64,000 nt of DNA from Candidatus Krumholzibacteriota bacterium (GTDB lineage: Bacteria; Krumholzibacteriota; Krumholzibacteriia; JAJRXK01): positions 1 to 64,000 of the forward strand of contig CAWDWO010000037.1 in the NCBI GenBank assembly GCA_963806035.1, in the 5' to 3' direction. Every line of letters begins with the position of its first letter. The first letter of the stretch is position 1. Of the stretch, positions 1-10,600 are shown one piece after another. A program made the translations under genes and the position numbers. The notes under the pieces are model-generated. The model did no database searches, was not told the DNA's origin, and saw only the letters and a list, made by a program, of their open reading frames with translations.

Positions 1-594
1 TAATCGGAGTGGGGAGTACGACCATTACCGCAACCACTGCAGGGCAAGGACGTTCTGGGTAGCGTGAGAGTCGTCGGCTTTCAGCCTCCCCGTGTCGCGC
101 CCCCTGCGCCCACACTCCCGGCTTCGGACGTGATCTCGATGTGGAGCGACAGCTATCCCAACGTTCCCATCGATACCTGGAGGGCCAACTGGGGAGGAGT
201 CACGACGCAGGTCGAGGATTACTCGGTGGCCAATCGCCACATGAAGCTGTATTCCTCGTTGAACTATGTGGGCATTGAATTTTTGACCGAGAAGATCGAC
301 GCCAGCAGCATGACCCACCTGCATGTAGACGTCTATGCGCCGGCGGGGACCAACTTCAGACTCAAGCTGGTCTCGTTCCCCTCCCAGCTCACGCATTCGG
401 TGGAGACGCCGGAGAAGATCTTCAACGCAAGCTCGACACCCGCCTTCAATTCGGGTACGTGGTCTTCCCTGGAGATTCCGCTGACGGATTTCCAGCTGCC
501 CACCGACTGGGATTGGTCGAGTATCGGCCAGCTCGTGTTGGCCTCGACGGACGCGCAGCTCGTGCTAGTGGACAATCTGTACTGGCACAAATAA
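1..594 (+). CDS. 3' part of a secreted Ig-like / carbohydrate-binding-domain protein, truncated at window start, frameshift near nt 35
   Basis: Frame 3 reads IGVGSTTITAT (Big_2-like strand) and frame 1 continues LQGKDVLGSVRVVG. The C-terminal domain ASDVISMWSDSY...IDASSMTHLHVDVY...VDNLYWHK resembles CBM-like modules of glucan loci. Confidence 0.6.
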
Positions 595-637
595 GATCAC
601 CCGCTCTGGGCAAGCGTCTCTTGAGAAGTTGGGTGGG

Positions 638-1903
638 ATGCAAAACCACAACCTGAATCGCAGGGGTTTGCGGCGCGCCGATGCTGACGGCCCACGTCCC
701 TTGGCCGATGCCGTCTTGCGACTCATCTGGCAGGAACGCCGCATCTCGCGCGCGGAGATCGCGCGGCACGCCAAACTCTCCCGCTCCACAGTCTCGGAAA
801 TCGTCAACGAGATCCTGCCCATGGGACTCATCGCGGAGATCGGCGAGGGACCCTCGCGGGGCGGCCGTCCGCCCATCGTACTGGAATTCCGTGACGACGC
901 CTGCGTCATCCTGGGAGTGGAGATGGGCGCAGCCCATGTCGTCGTTACCCTCATGGACCTGCGGGGGAAGGTGCTGAGTTGGAAATCCCGCGAGCACCCC
1001 GTGCGCAAAGATCCCGTGGGAACGCGCAAGCTCATCGCCGAGCTGTGCAAGGACTGCCTATTGGCCTCCGCGGTGGGGGCGCGCCCTCTGGTGGGAATCG
1101 GGGTGGCCGTGCCCTGTCCCGTCGATCCCTTCGGAAACCACCGCCTCTCCACCGTCGTGCTCCCCGAGTGGGAGGGCGAACTGGGACTCGAGGGGCTCGC
1201 CAAGCAGTACGACGTTCCGCTGATGGTGGACAACGACGCCAACCTGGGCGCGCTCGCCGAACACTGGTGGGGAGTGGGACGCGGCGTGGATGACATTGCC
1301 TACATCAAGGTCGCGACCGGAATCGGTTCGGGGCACGTGATTGGTGGCGAGATCTATCGCGGTGCGACGGGCGTGGCGGGGGAGATCGGCCACATCGCGA
1401 TCGACCCCAAGGGAAAACCCTGCATCTGCGGACTGCGCGGGTGCCTGGTCACTCTGATCGGGGGACAGGCTCTCCTGGAGCGCGCGGCCGAGTTGCGCGG
1501 TAAGTACCCACAGAGCACGCTCGCGGCAGGAGAGCACACGGTTCGTGAGATCGAGGATGCGGCGCTGGCCGGCGATCCGCTGGCTCTGCAGGTGGCGCAG
1601 GAGGCGGCCAACTACCTGGGTCGGGCCGTGGCCAGTCTGTTGAACCTCATGAATCCCTCGCTGGTGATCGTGGGCGGAGACTTGGCCAGGCTGGGCGACC
1701 TGCTCATCCATCCCCTCAGAGACACGGTCGAGAAGAGAACCCTGGTGAGTTCGGTGACGGCGGCTCAGATTCGCGCCAGCGAACTGGGTTTTCGTTCCAC
1801 CGCCATCGGGGCCGCCACTCTGGTGCTGAAAGCGGCGCTGGCCGACTCCAGGTTATTCCCGCGCGTCCCCGCTCCTAAATCGCCAGCTGCACATAAGTCC
1901 TGA
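638..1903 (+). CDS. ROK-family transcriptional repressor (NagC/XylR-like)
   Basis: N-terminal HTH ISRAEIARHAKLSRSTVSEIV, GGRPP linker, DNDAN, GIGSG, GEIGH and CICGLRGC motifs. Confidence 0.95.
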   Translation: MQNHNLNRRGLRRADADGPRPLADAVLRLIWQERRISRAEIARHAKLSRSTVSEIVNEILPMGLIAEIGEGPSRGGRPPIVLEFRDDACVILGVEMGAAHVVVTLMDLRGKVLSWKSREHPVRKDPVGTRKLIAELCKDCLLASAVGARPLVGIGVAVPCPVDPFGNHRLSTVVLPEWEGELGLEGLAKQYDVPLMVDNDANLGALAEHWWGVGRGVDDIAYIKVATGIGSGHVIGGEIYRGATGVAGEIGHIAIDPKGKPCICGLRGCLVTLIGGQALLERAAELRGKYPQSTLAAGEHTVREIEDAALAGDPLALQVAQEAANYLGRAVASLLNLMNPSLVIVGGDLARLGDLLIHPLRDTVEKRTLVSSVTAAQIRASELGFRSTAIGAATLVLKAALADSRLFPRVPAPKSPAAHKS

Positions 1904-4900
1904 TCTCCCATTCCCGTCCCAGAGGCAGACCCTCCGGATACAAAGTCCCTTCCGTCGGCGCGGTCGCGCCCTGCGGCTGATAGCGATTCGAGTAGCGGTT
2001 CAGCGTGCGGAAGGTGCCCTGCACTCCGATGCGGGTCTGCGGAAGATCGAACCAGCGCGGTGTACCCAGGGTGAACGAGACGTCCGCCATCAACTGCAAG
2101 GGATAGGTCAGGTTGTGGTCGTGGTGGTAGTCGTAGGGCCCGTAGTCGTGGACCTTCACGAAGCCCGACAGCGCCACCGAGGGCCACACGATCCGGCTGT
2201 CCACGCCGGCGCGGTGCACCAGACGCGGATTGTCTCCGTTGGGCTCGGCCGTCCCGTAGTAGAAGTGGCTGATCATGCGCACCCGCGGGCTCAAGCGATG
2301 GATCATCCTGCCGTGCAGCTCCCACAAGTCGCGCGCGGGCGTGGCCCCGGGGAAGGCGAGGATGGTGTTGTCGGCTGAAATGAAGAGGCCGGCGTCGGCC
2401 GTGGTGTGGTGACGCTTGAGGCTGAAGCCCAGACTCGCCGCGAAATTGGCGTCCTCGCGCACGTCGTTGTCCCAGCTCCACATCCAGGTGGCAGGGGTGG
2501 GGTCGTAGGTGATCATCAGCTCGCCGGCGGTGGTCTCCCGGTTCGCGCGGACCGCGAAGGGATCGTCCAGCACGTTGCGCGGACGCCCGGCAGTGCCGGC
2601 CAAATTGCTGGAGTTCGGCATCGGACCCACGATGGGTTTCTGCCACAGGAAATTCGGCCCGATCTGCCAGTTGCCCAGCGTGATCGCCACTCCCGAGAGC
2701 GCGTTGACCTGGTTGCCCATCCCGCTGTCCCTGAGATCCCAGCCGGTGAAGGTGGGAATGGCGGTCGGACCGGCTTCGGCCACCAGGCCCATGTAGGCTC
2801 CCTCGCCGTACCAGTGCCAGCGTCCATGTTCCCAGCTCAGCTTGCCCTTGAAGCCCCAGGTATCCTCGGACTTGATCTTGTCCTGGCGAACGTCCTCGGG
2901 GGCGACGGGACCGCCGGCATCGACGATGCTCTCGTCCACGAGTTGAAAGCTCTCACCCACGCGCGGTTGTCCCGACCAGAGGAGGCCGCCCTCGAAACCG
3001 AAGGGTCCCAGGCCGGTCTGCATCTGCAGAGAGGCCTTGCGTGTGGACCGGATGGGAATCGCGATGGAGCTCGTGGCCTGCGTGCGCTGGCTGAAATCTT
3101 CCTGGTAGATGCCAGTCCATTCGATTCCGGCCAGACTGCGGTCGTACTTGAGGAAGACGGCCGGGTTGGCTCCCCACCACAGCTGCGGTCCCATGGCCAA
3201 CTTGAAACCGTTGAAGAACTTCTTGCCCGCGATCTCGAAGCCGATGGGTGCTTCGCCGTTGTAGATGTCGAGATTTTCTCCATAGAAGGCGTCGCGATAC
3301 AGTCCGAAGAAATCGCCCTCGTACTGCCAGTGCAGATGCCCCGTGCGGTAGAAGCTGTCGAGCTTGAACCAGCGGTCATCCCAGCTGAGATCGGCCTGGT
3401 AGACCTTCACGCGTTCCAGTGACTGCACCTCGACCGGATTGCCGTTCTCGTCCAGGAAGGTCTGAGGCCGTCCGCGGTTTTCGTAAAAGATCTCGTTGAT
3501 GGGATTCTGGGGAACGTTGCCCAGGACGTTGAGCGAGAGTCTTCCGATGACGCCCTCGTTGGGCTTGGCCTCGATCTGCGCGAAGAACGACTCCCCGTGG
3601 TCGAAACCCAGGAACGAGGGATAGGAGTCCTGTGGATTCTCACTCTTGGGCGTGGAGATGTTCTTTCCGCCCGTGCTGTAGGTTTCAAACTCCATCCTCA
3701 GGCCCGAGACGCGCACCTTCTTGAGAAGATCCGCTTCGTAACTCGCGGCGTCTCCGCGCGCCTTCAGTACCTCGGCCATGGGTTCGATCCTGGCGAAGTG
3801 CTTGCGGATGGTCTCGAGGTCAGTGCTGGAGGCGTAGGGATCGAGGGTGAAGGCATCGCGCAGGGCGTAGTACGCCGCGCGCGGATAGACCTCGTAAAAA
3901 CCCTGAGGATCGGGGAATCCTTTGGCGGTAATGCCCCACCACTCCTCGTTCATGTTGTTGTCGCCCTCGCGATAGTCCGTCGGGTAGCCGGCGTTGGGCC
4001 AGGAGGCGTTGGTGTCGTGGATGTCCAGCCGGCTGTCCTGCCCGAACTTCCACCAACCGTCGCTCCACTGGAAGATCAGCCCGCCGATCGCGTTGTTGGC
4101 TCGGCCCTTCCCTGCCGACTGTTCGTAGATCTCTTCCCACTGTCCGAGCAAGTAGTAGGCTTGGGAGGCCTGGTCCTCTTTCATGGTGATGGCGTTGAAG
4201 GCATCCGCTCCAAACTCGGTGAAGAGGGCGGGGATGCCGAGCTTGTCGTGAACCACCTGGAAGAAATCGCGCGCGGAAACTCCGCGGTAGACGTTCGATC
4301 CGAAGACGTCCAGGCCCTTGCATTCCTTGGCGACGATGTCGATGTACTGCACGTCGCCGTTGGCGATGGCCACCGGGTGATTGGGGTCGCGCTTCTTGAT
4401 GTCCTGGATGATTTCGCCGAAGAGGGAGTAGAGGAATTGCGCGCGGGCCGCGTTCTGTTCCCCTTTGGGCAGAGCTTCGATCTCGAACGAAGACCAGGAG
4501 AGGCCGTAGTTGTTTTCGTTGCCCAAGAGCCACATGAGAAGGCCGGGGGTTCCCTTGTAGCGCTCGACCATCTGGGCAATCTGATCCTTGAGGAATGCGC
4601 GTACCTTGGGATCGCTGTAGTCGGTCGTGGGATACCACACACCATCGATCGTCACTCCATAGCGGCCCACCGTATCGTTGAGGATGGTGTAGATCCCGTA
4701 GTTTCTCCACATGTACTCGATCCAGCGCGGCTGCATCCCGGGAGCCTGCCGGATGGTATTGACTCCCATGGATTTGAGCAGGGGCATCTCCCTTGCCAGA
4801 ACCGCCACGATGAAATCGTCCGGCTGACCCCAGAAGTCGTAGCTATAGTTCTGGCCGATGGGCAAGTAGCCCCAGTTCATCCCGAAAACCATGAAATCCT

Positions 4901-5078
4901 GGCCGTCCACCTCGAGCCGGCTGCCCTCCGCGTCGTTCACGACCGAGATGGAAGGTGGCTCGGTGCCGGCCGCTTGCGCGTTGTGAGCCGTCAGCAATAG
5001 GGGCAGCAACAGGATCAAGCTCCCCGTCGCACAGAGCAGACGGAGTCGTAGGGAGTTGCTACTTGGGATCGGTTTCAC
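1875..5078 (-). CDS. Secreted clan GH-A glycoside hydrolase (GH2/GH158-like TIM barrel) fused to a probable outer-membrane beta-barrel
   Basis: Signal peptide ending AQA; GNEN acid/base and FTEFGAD nucleophile motifs; about 600-aa C-terminal region of amphipathic beta-strands ending WEIRTYVQLAI; GTG start at 5078 with GAGGGG RBS. Confidence 0.75.
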   Translation of the reverse strand: MKPIPSSNSLRLRLLCATGSLILLLPLLLTAHNAQAAGTEPPSISVVNDAEGSRLEVDGQDFMVFGMNWGYLPIGQNYSYDFWGQPDDFIVAVLAREMPLLKSMGVNTIRQAPGMQPRWIEYMWRNYGIYTILNDTVGRYGVTIDGVWYPTTDYSDPKVRAFLKDQIAQMVERYKGTPGLLMWLLGNENNYGLSWSSFEIEALPKGEQNAARAQFLYSLFGEIIQDIKKRDPNHPVAIANGDVQYIDIVAKECKGLDVFGSNVYRGVSARDFFQVVHDKLGIPALFTEFGADAFNAITMKEDQASQAYYLLGQWEEIYEQSAGKGRANNAIGGLIFQWSDGWWKFGQDSRLDIHDTNASWPNAGYPTDYREGDNNMNEEWWGITAKGFPDPQGFYEVYPRAAYYALRDAFTLDPYASSTDLETIRKHFARIEPMAEVLKARGDAASYEADLLKKVRVSGLRMEFETYSTGGKNISTPKSENPQDSYPSFLGFDHGESFFAQIEAKPNEGVIGRLSLNVLGNVPQNPINEIFYENRGRPQTFLDENGNPVEVQSLERVKVYQADLSWDDRWFKLDSFYRTGHLHWQYEGDFFGLYRDAFYGENLDIYNGEAPIGFEIAGKKFFNGFKLAMGPQLWWGANPAVFLKYDRSLAGIEWTGIYQEDFSQRTQATSSIAIPIRSTRKASLQMQTGLGPFGFEGGLLWSGQPRVGESFQLVDESIVDAGGPVAPEDVRQDKIKSEDTWGFKGKLSWEHGRWHWYGEGAYMGLVAEAGPTAIPTFTGWDLRDSGMGNQVNALSGVAITLGNWQIGPNFLWQKPIVGPMPNSSNLAGTAGRPRNVLDDPFAVRANRETTAGELMITYDPTPATWMWSWDNDVREDANFAASLGFSLKRHHTTADAGLFISADNTILAFPGATPARDLWELHGRMIHRLSPRVRMISHFYYGTAEPNGDNPRLVHRAGVDSRIVWPSVALSGFVKVHDYGPYDYHHDHNLTYPLQLMADVSFTLGTPRWFDLPQTRIGVQGTFRTLNRYSNRYQPQGATAPTEGTLYPEGLPLGREWEIRTYVQLAI

Positions 5079-6489
5079 GGGATTCCCCTCGAGTCTGGGT
5101 GGAAGTGGAAGCACTGGCGATCGTCGCCGGGATCTCGACGACGGCATTCGCCGCAATGGCCTCTTTGTAGTAGTAGGCACTGTCTTTGGGCAGTCGCTGT
5201 TGGGAGTCGAAGTCGACCTTGAAGATGCCGAACTTCTTCTTGTAGCCGAAGCCCCACTCGAAATTGTCCAAGAGCGACCACAGGAAATACCCCTTCAGCG
5301 GCACGCCGTCCTCGATGGCGCGGTGAGCTTCTGAGAGGTGCGAGCGCAGGTACTCGATTCGCTTCGTGTCGGCAATGCGATCCAGGGAATCGGCGGGGTA
5401 GTCGTAGGCCGCTCCGTTCTCGGTGATGTAGATCTCGCGCGGTCCGTAATCCCGGTGGATACGAAGCAAGCTCTCGTGGAGCCCCTGAGGGTAGACCTCC
5501 CAGCCCATGTCGGTCAGCTCATGGGGTGGGGCCACTTTGCAGTCCTCGGGACGTCCATCCGCTCCGCCCTTCATCACGACTCGGCTGTAGTAGTTCAGTC
5601 CCAGAAAATCCAACGGGGCGGCGATGGCCAGCATGTCGCCATCCTGTACGAAGGGTAGCTTGGGACCCTTCAGGTGACCCACGCGAATCCTGTCCTCCAC
5701 CGCATCGGGGGGATAGGAGCCCAGGAACAGGGGGTCGAGATACCAACGGTGGAAAAAGCCGTCGAACCAGCGCGCCGCGTCGCGGTCCTTGGCGCTGGAA
5801 CTGGCCGGATGCGCCGGGCAGTGGATGATGACGATGCCCAGTTTCGCGTGCGGCGACTCACCACGCATGACCTTACAGGCCCAGCCGTGGGAGAGCAGGA
5901 GATGGTGGGCCACACGGAGCGCCTCGGGAGGATCGGTGTGTCCGGGCGCGTGATGCCCTTCCTCGTGTCCCAGAGTCGTCACGCACCACGGTTCGTTGTG
6001 GGTTACCCAGCGCTGGACGCGATCCCCCAGCCGGCGGACCACCGCCTGGCTGTATTCGACGAAAGCCTTGGCCGTGTCGCGGTTGCTCCAGCCACCGCGT
6101 TCCTGGAGCGCCTGCGGCAGGTCCCAGTGATAGAGGGTGGGGAAGGGCTCGATGCCGGCTTGCAGCAACGCGTCCACCAGAGCGTCGTAGAAGTCGAGGC
6201 CGGAGCCATTGAGCTGCCCGTAACCGCGCGGAAAGACTCGCGGCCAGGAAATGGAGAAACGGTACGCCCCGAGGCCGAGCCACTTCATCAGCGCCAGGTC
6301 TTCCCGCCAGCGGTGGTAGTGGTCACAGGCCAGATCAGGGGTGGAAGCGTCTTCGATGGCCCCCGGCCGGGCCGCGAAGCGGTCCCAAATGGAGTCGCCG
6401 CGGCCGTCTTCGTGCCGACCGCCCTCGATCTGCTGGGCGGAGGTAGCGACCCCCCACACGAAGTCCTTCGGGAACTCCAAATTGGCCAT
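5059..6489 (-). CDS. bglA: GH1 beta-glucosidase
   Basis: FVWGVATSAQQIEG, YRFSISWPR, THNEP, YITENG and WSLLDNFEW motifs; no signal peptide. Confidence 0.95.
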   Translation of the reverse strand: MANLEFPKDFVWGVATSAQQIEGGRHEDGRGDSIWDRFAARPGAIEDASTPDLACDHYHRWREDLALMKWLGLGAYRFSISWPRVFPRGYGQLNGSGLDFYDALVDALLQAGIEPFPTLYHWDLPQALQERGGWSNRDTAKAFVEYSQAVVRRLGDRVQRWVTHNEPWCVTTLGHEEGHHAPGHTDPPEALRVAHHLLLSHGWACKVMRGESPHAKLGIVIIHCPAHPASSSAKDRDAARWFDGFFHRWYLDPLFLGSYPPDAVEDRIRVGHLKGPKLPFVQDGDMLAIAAPLDFLGLNYYSRVVMKGGADGRPEDCKVAPPHELTDMGWEVYPQGLHESLLRIHRDYGPREIYITENGAAYDYPADSLDRIADTKRIEYLRSHLSEAHRAIEDGVPLKGYFLWSLLDNFEWGFGYKKKFGIFKVDFDSQQRLPKDSAYYYKEAIAANAVVEIPATIASASTSTQTRGESRETDPK

Positions 6490-6571
6490 GCTGCTCCGAC
6501 TCTCCCCGGGTGCCGCCTCGGGGACTGGAGTCCTCCCCCGGGGTGGTCCGGCGAATTCTCTCAAAAAGAAT

Positions 6572-6594
6572 CTTTGTTCGGACTCCGAACATAG
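6572..6594. promoter_or_regulatory. Palindromic operator 1 (putative ROK site) CTTTGTTCGGACTCCGAACATAG
   Basis: Near-perfect inverted repeat between divergent genes; matches the sites at 14965 and 15064; minus-strand TTGACA at 6614-6619. Confidence 0.8.
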
Positions 6595-6662
6595 TGTATG
6601 ATAGCCAGGGCGCTGTCAAGCCCGCTCTTCCTCTGAGTTTCTCCGAAAGAGAGGTCACTACA

Positions 6663-7640
6663 ATGCGAAATCTGGTCATCGCCGTCCTGGCCGTCACGGC
6701 GCTTCTCTACCCACTCGCGGCCACCGCGCAGCCTTTGGCTTCGTACACACAGAATTTCGAGAGCCTGGTACAGAGCGATCTCAACGCTCTGACCAACGAC
6801 GGCTGGCTGGTCTACGGAAACGTCTATGACACCGATGGCACCACATTTAAGTACGGTTACGGTGCCTTCCCGGCGCCCAACACCGGCGCTGCATTCTGTC
6901 AGATCGTCATCGGCGAAGGTGGATTGGAGCAGGGCGCGCAGCAGCTGGTCGTGTTCAGCGACTACGAGAACACGGATCACGCTCTGGGCTACTACATCGA
7001 GTCCAACGTCTTCCAGGAACAGCCGATCGGCATCGAGAACGTCGGCGAGACCTGGGTCTTCGAATTCGACGCGAAGCTCGGCAACCTGGAAGGTCTCTCC
7101 ACCGCCCTGGCCTTCATCAAGACCATCGATCCGGGCAGCGGTTACGCGACTACCAACTTCATCAGCTCGGACATGACGGCGATTCCCAGCACCTGGAATC
7201 ACTACTCGCTGTCCATCACGATCGATGCGGGCCTGGTGGGACAGTTGTTGCAATTCGGTTACTCGAATACCGCGACTCTGTACCAGAGTTCAGGGGTCTT
7301 CTACGACAACATCACCTTCCATTTGGACGACGCGACGGGGACCACTCCGGTGCGCGCCTCGGTCGATGCGATCTTGCGTCAGAACTACCCGAATCCCTTC
7401 AATCCCAGCACGAGCATCGAGTTCAGCCTGAATCAGGCGCAGAGCGTCGAACTTTCGGTTTTCGACATGGCGGGCCGTCGTGTGGCCACTCTGCTCAAGG
7501 GTACTCTCGGCGCGGGGGATCACTCGGTGCGTTGGAACGGCCGTAGCGAGAACGGCGCATCCGTCGCCTCCGGACGCTACAGCTACGTGCTGCGGACGCA
7601 GGGCGGGGAGCTTTCGGGAAGCATGATTCTGTTGAAGTAG
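6663..7640 (+). CDS. Secreted protein of unknown function with C-terminal FlgD-Ig / T9SS-like tail
   Basis: Signal peptide MRNLVIAVLAV...ATA; core paralogous to 14116-14850; tail LRQNYPNPFNPST...WNG...ASGRY. Confidence 0.8.
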   Translation: MRNLVIAVLAVTALLYPLAATAQPLASYTQNFESLVQSDLNALTNDGWLVYGNVYDTDGTTFKYGYGAFPAPNTGAAFCQIVIGEGGLEQGAQQLVVFSDYENTDHALGYYIESNVFQEQPIGIENVGETWVFEFDAKLGNLEGLSTALAFIKTIDPGSGYATTNFISSDMTAIPSTWNHYSLSITIDAGLVGQLLQFGYSNTATLYQSSGVFYDNITFHLDDATGTTPVRASVDAILRQNYPNPFNPSTSIEFSLNQAQSVELSVFDMAGRRVATLLKGTLGAGDHSVRWNGRSENGASVASGRYSYVLRTQGGELSGSMILLK

Positions 7641-7658
7641 AACTCTTTGCGGCGAGAG

Positions 7659-10600
7659 ATGTCGATGAAGACCAAGTCGAATCCCACTCCGGCAGTCAGC
7701 CCGGGGGAGATCCTGCAGGATTCTCCCCATGGCGAATTCGTTCGACTGGACGGGGAAATGTACTACCGGATCGCGGCCTACGAGCGTCTGGATCCCTTCC
7801 TGATGAGCGTGCCGAGCAACACGGATCTGTGGATGTTCATTGCCTCCGGCGGCGGGCTCACCGCCGGTCGCATCGATGCCGATGGGAGTCTGTTCCCCTA
7901 CCGCACGGTGGACCAGCTGCACGACGCCCATCACCACACGGGTCCTCTGAGCTCGATCTTGCTCGAGGGAGACAAGGGAAGGTACCTGCGCTGGGACCCT
8001 TTCGTGGGCGACGTAACGCAGAATGCCGCGATCGAGAGGAATCTCTACAAGAACACTCTCGGTAATCGATTGGTCTTCGAGGAGATTCATCACGAGCTCG
8101 GCCTTGCATTCCGCTATCGCTGGTCGGCCTGTGATGAATTCGGCTGGGTGCGATCGGTCACTCTGGAAAACCGCTCCGAGCGCCCGGCGCAAATGACGGT
8201 GCTGGATGGGCTGAGAAACGTCCTTCCCTACGGTGCTCCGCTTGCTCTCTATCAGCAGGCGAGCAACCTGGTCGACGCCTACAAGAGAACAGAGGTCGAT
8301 CGGGAAACAGGACTGGCGATCTTTTCGCTGACTTCGTGCATCACCGACAGGGCAGAGGCTCTGGAGATGCTCAAGGCGAACACCGTCTGGTGCTGCGGTC
8401 TGCAGAGGTTCAAGGTTCATCTTTCGCTGGATGTGGTGAAGGACTTCGAGGCGCACAGGGTCTTGGGCGAGGACAGAGTTTTGAGCGGCGCACGTGGCAA
8501 CTACCTGGTGAGTGCTCCTCTGGAATTGAAGCCAGGGGAAAGAGCTCGCTGGCACATCGTGGGCGACACCGGATCGGACCAAGTCCGGATCGCCGCTCTG
8601 CGGCGCAAGCTCTTGGAGGAAGACGGACTCAGCGAGCTCGTTGAAGAAAGGCTCCGTGAGGCGGAGGAAGACTTGCGGCGCAACGTCGGAAGCGCGGACG
8701 GCCTGCAGCTGTCCGCGCACCCCGAGAGCTGGGTTCATCATTTCGCGAACGTTCTGTTCAACAACATGCGTGGAGGAGTGTTCCTCAACAACTATTCAGT
8801 CCCCATCAGGGACTTCCAGAATTTCCTGCGGGTGCGCAATCGTGAGGTTGCGAAACGGCGCGCGTCGACTCTCGAGTCGCTGTCGAATTTTTCCGAGATC
8901 GAGGAAATCCAAGCCGTGGCGCGCGCCTCGCACGATCGCAACTTCGAACGCCTGAGCTACGAGTATCTGCCTCTCTACTTCGGACGCCGTCACGGTGATC
9001 CCAGCCGCCCCTGGAACAGCTTCTCCATTCGAACCAAGAACGAAGCGGGCGAGGAGATCCTGAATTACCAGGGCAACTGGCGCGATATCTTCCAGAATTG
9101 GGAAGCACTGGGCGCGTCCTTTCCGGGATTTCTTCCCAGCATGGTGGCCAAGTTCGTCAATGCCTCCACGGTGGACGGTTTCAATCCCTACCGCATCACG
9201 CGCGACGGAGTGGACTGGGAAATCGCGGAAGCGGATGACCCCTGGAGCAACATCGGCTATTGGGGCGATCATCAGATCATCTACCTCTTGAAGCTTCTGG
9301 AGAGTCTGGATCGCCATCAACCGGAAGCGCTGGGCAAACTGCTGGGTCAGGAGATCTTCAGTTACGCCGAAGTTCCCTACCGAATCCGTCCCTACGAGCA
9401 AATTCTGAAGAACCCGCGTCAGACCATCGACTTCGATCATGCCCTCGAGGAGCGCATCGAGCAGAGAGTCAAGCGCCTGGGAACCGACGGGAAACTTTTG
9501 CCGGCGGCCGATGGCTCCACCTACCATGCGAATCTCTTCGAAAAGCTGTTGGTGCCGGCCCTTTCCAAGCTGTCGAATTTCATCCTCGATGCTGGCATCT
9601 GGATGAACACTCAGCGTCCCGAATGGAACGACGCGAACAACGTGCTGGGGGGAGGGGGCGTCTCGGTGGTTACCCTGTGTCACCTCAGGCGCTACCTGGC
9701 GTTCATCGGAGAGCGATTCGAACGAATGAAGCAGGCCGAATTCCCCGTCGCCGGCGAGATCATCGATTGGCTGGACGGCGTCGAAGTCACTCTCCGCGAA
9801 GAGCAGGAGCGACTCTCGGGCGATGAATTGAGCGCGGGCGATCGCAAGCGCATGATGGACGCTCTGGGGAGCATCTTTTCGCGGTACCGCGCAGAGGTCT
9901 ATGCGAACGGATTCTCCAAGAAGCGCCCCCTGGAGGCGTCCAGAGCCGCCGCACTCTGTCGGCTCGCTCTCGGGCTGATCGATCGGGCGATCGACGCCAA
10001 CCGCCGCGAGGATGGGCTCTACCACACCTACAATCTGCTGGAGATCGACGAGGTCCAGGGAACGGCCGAAGTGATCCACTTGCAGGTCATGCTGGAAGGC
10101 CAGGTGGCTGCTCTCAGTTCGGGACATCTGGCCCCCGTGGAAGCGCTGGAGATTCTGCAGCGGCTCTTCACCAGCCCTCTCTATCGCGCGAAGGAGCGCA
10201 GCTTCCAGCTCTACCCCGAGCGGGAACTCGCCGGCTTCATGGCCAAGAACGTGGTTCCGCGTGAGCGGGTACGGGACATACCGCTCCTCGTCGAACTTCT
10301 CGCGCGCGGCAATCGTTCGATCCTGGCCCGCGACGTGGAAGGGATGTTCCGCTTCCACGGTGAGTTCAAGAGTGCGGTCGACCTGGATGCGGCGCTGAAA
10401 GCTCTTGCGGAACACGAGGAATGGGCGGCCGGCGTGCGCCGGGACGGCCAGCGGGTTCTCGATCTCTTCGAAGAAGTCTTTGCCCACAAATCGTATACCG
10501 GGCGCTCCGGAGTCATGTTCGGTTACGAGGGACTGGGCTGCATCTACTGGCACATGGTGGCCAAGCTGTTGCTGGCGGTGCAGGAGAACTTCCTGCGGGC

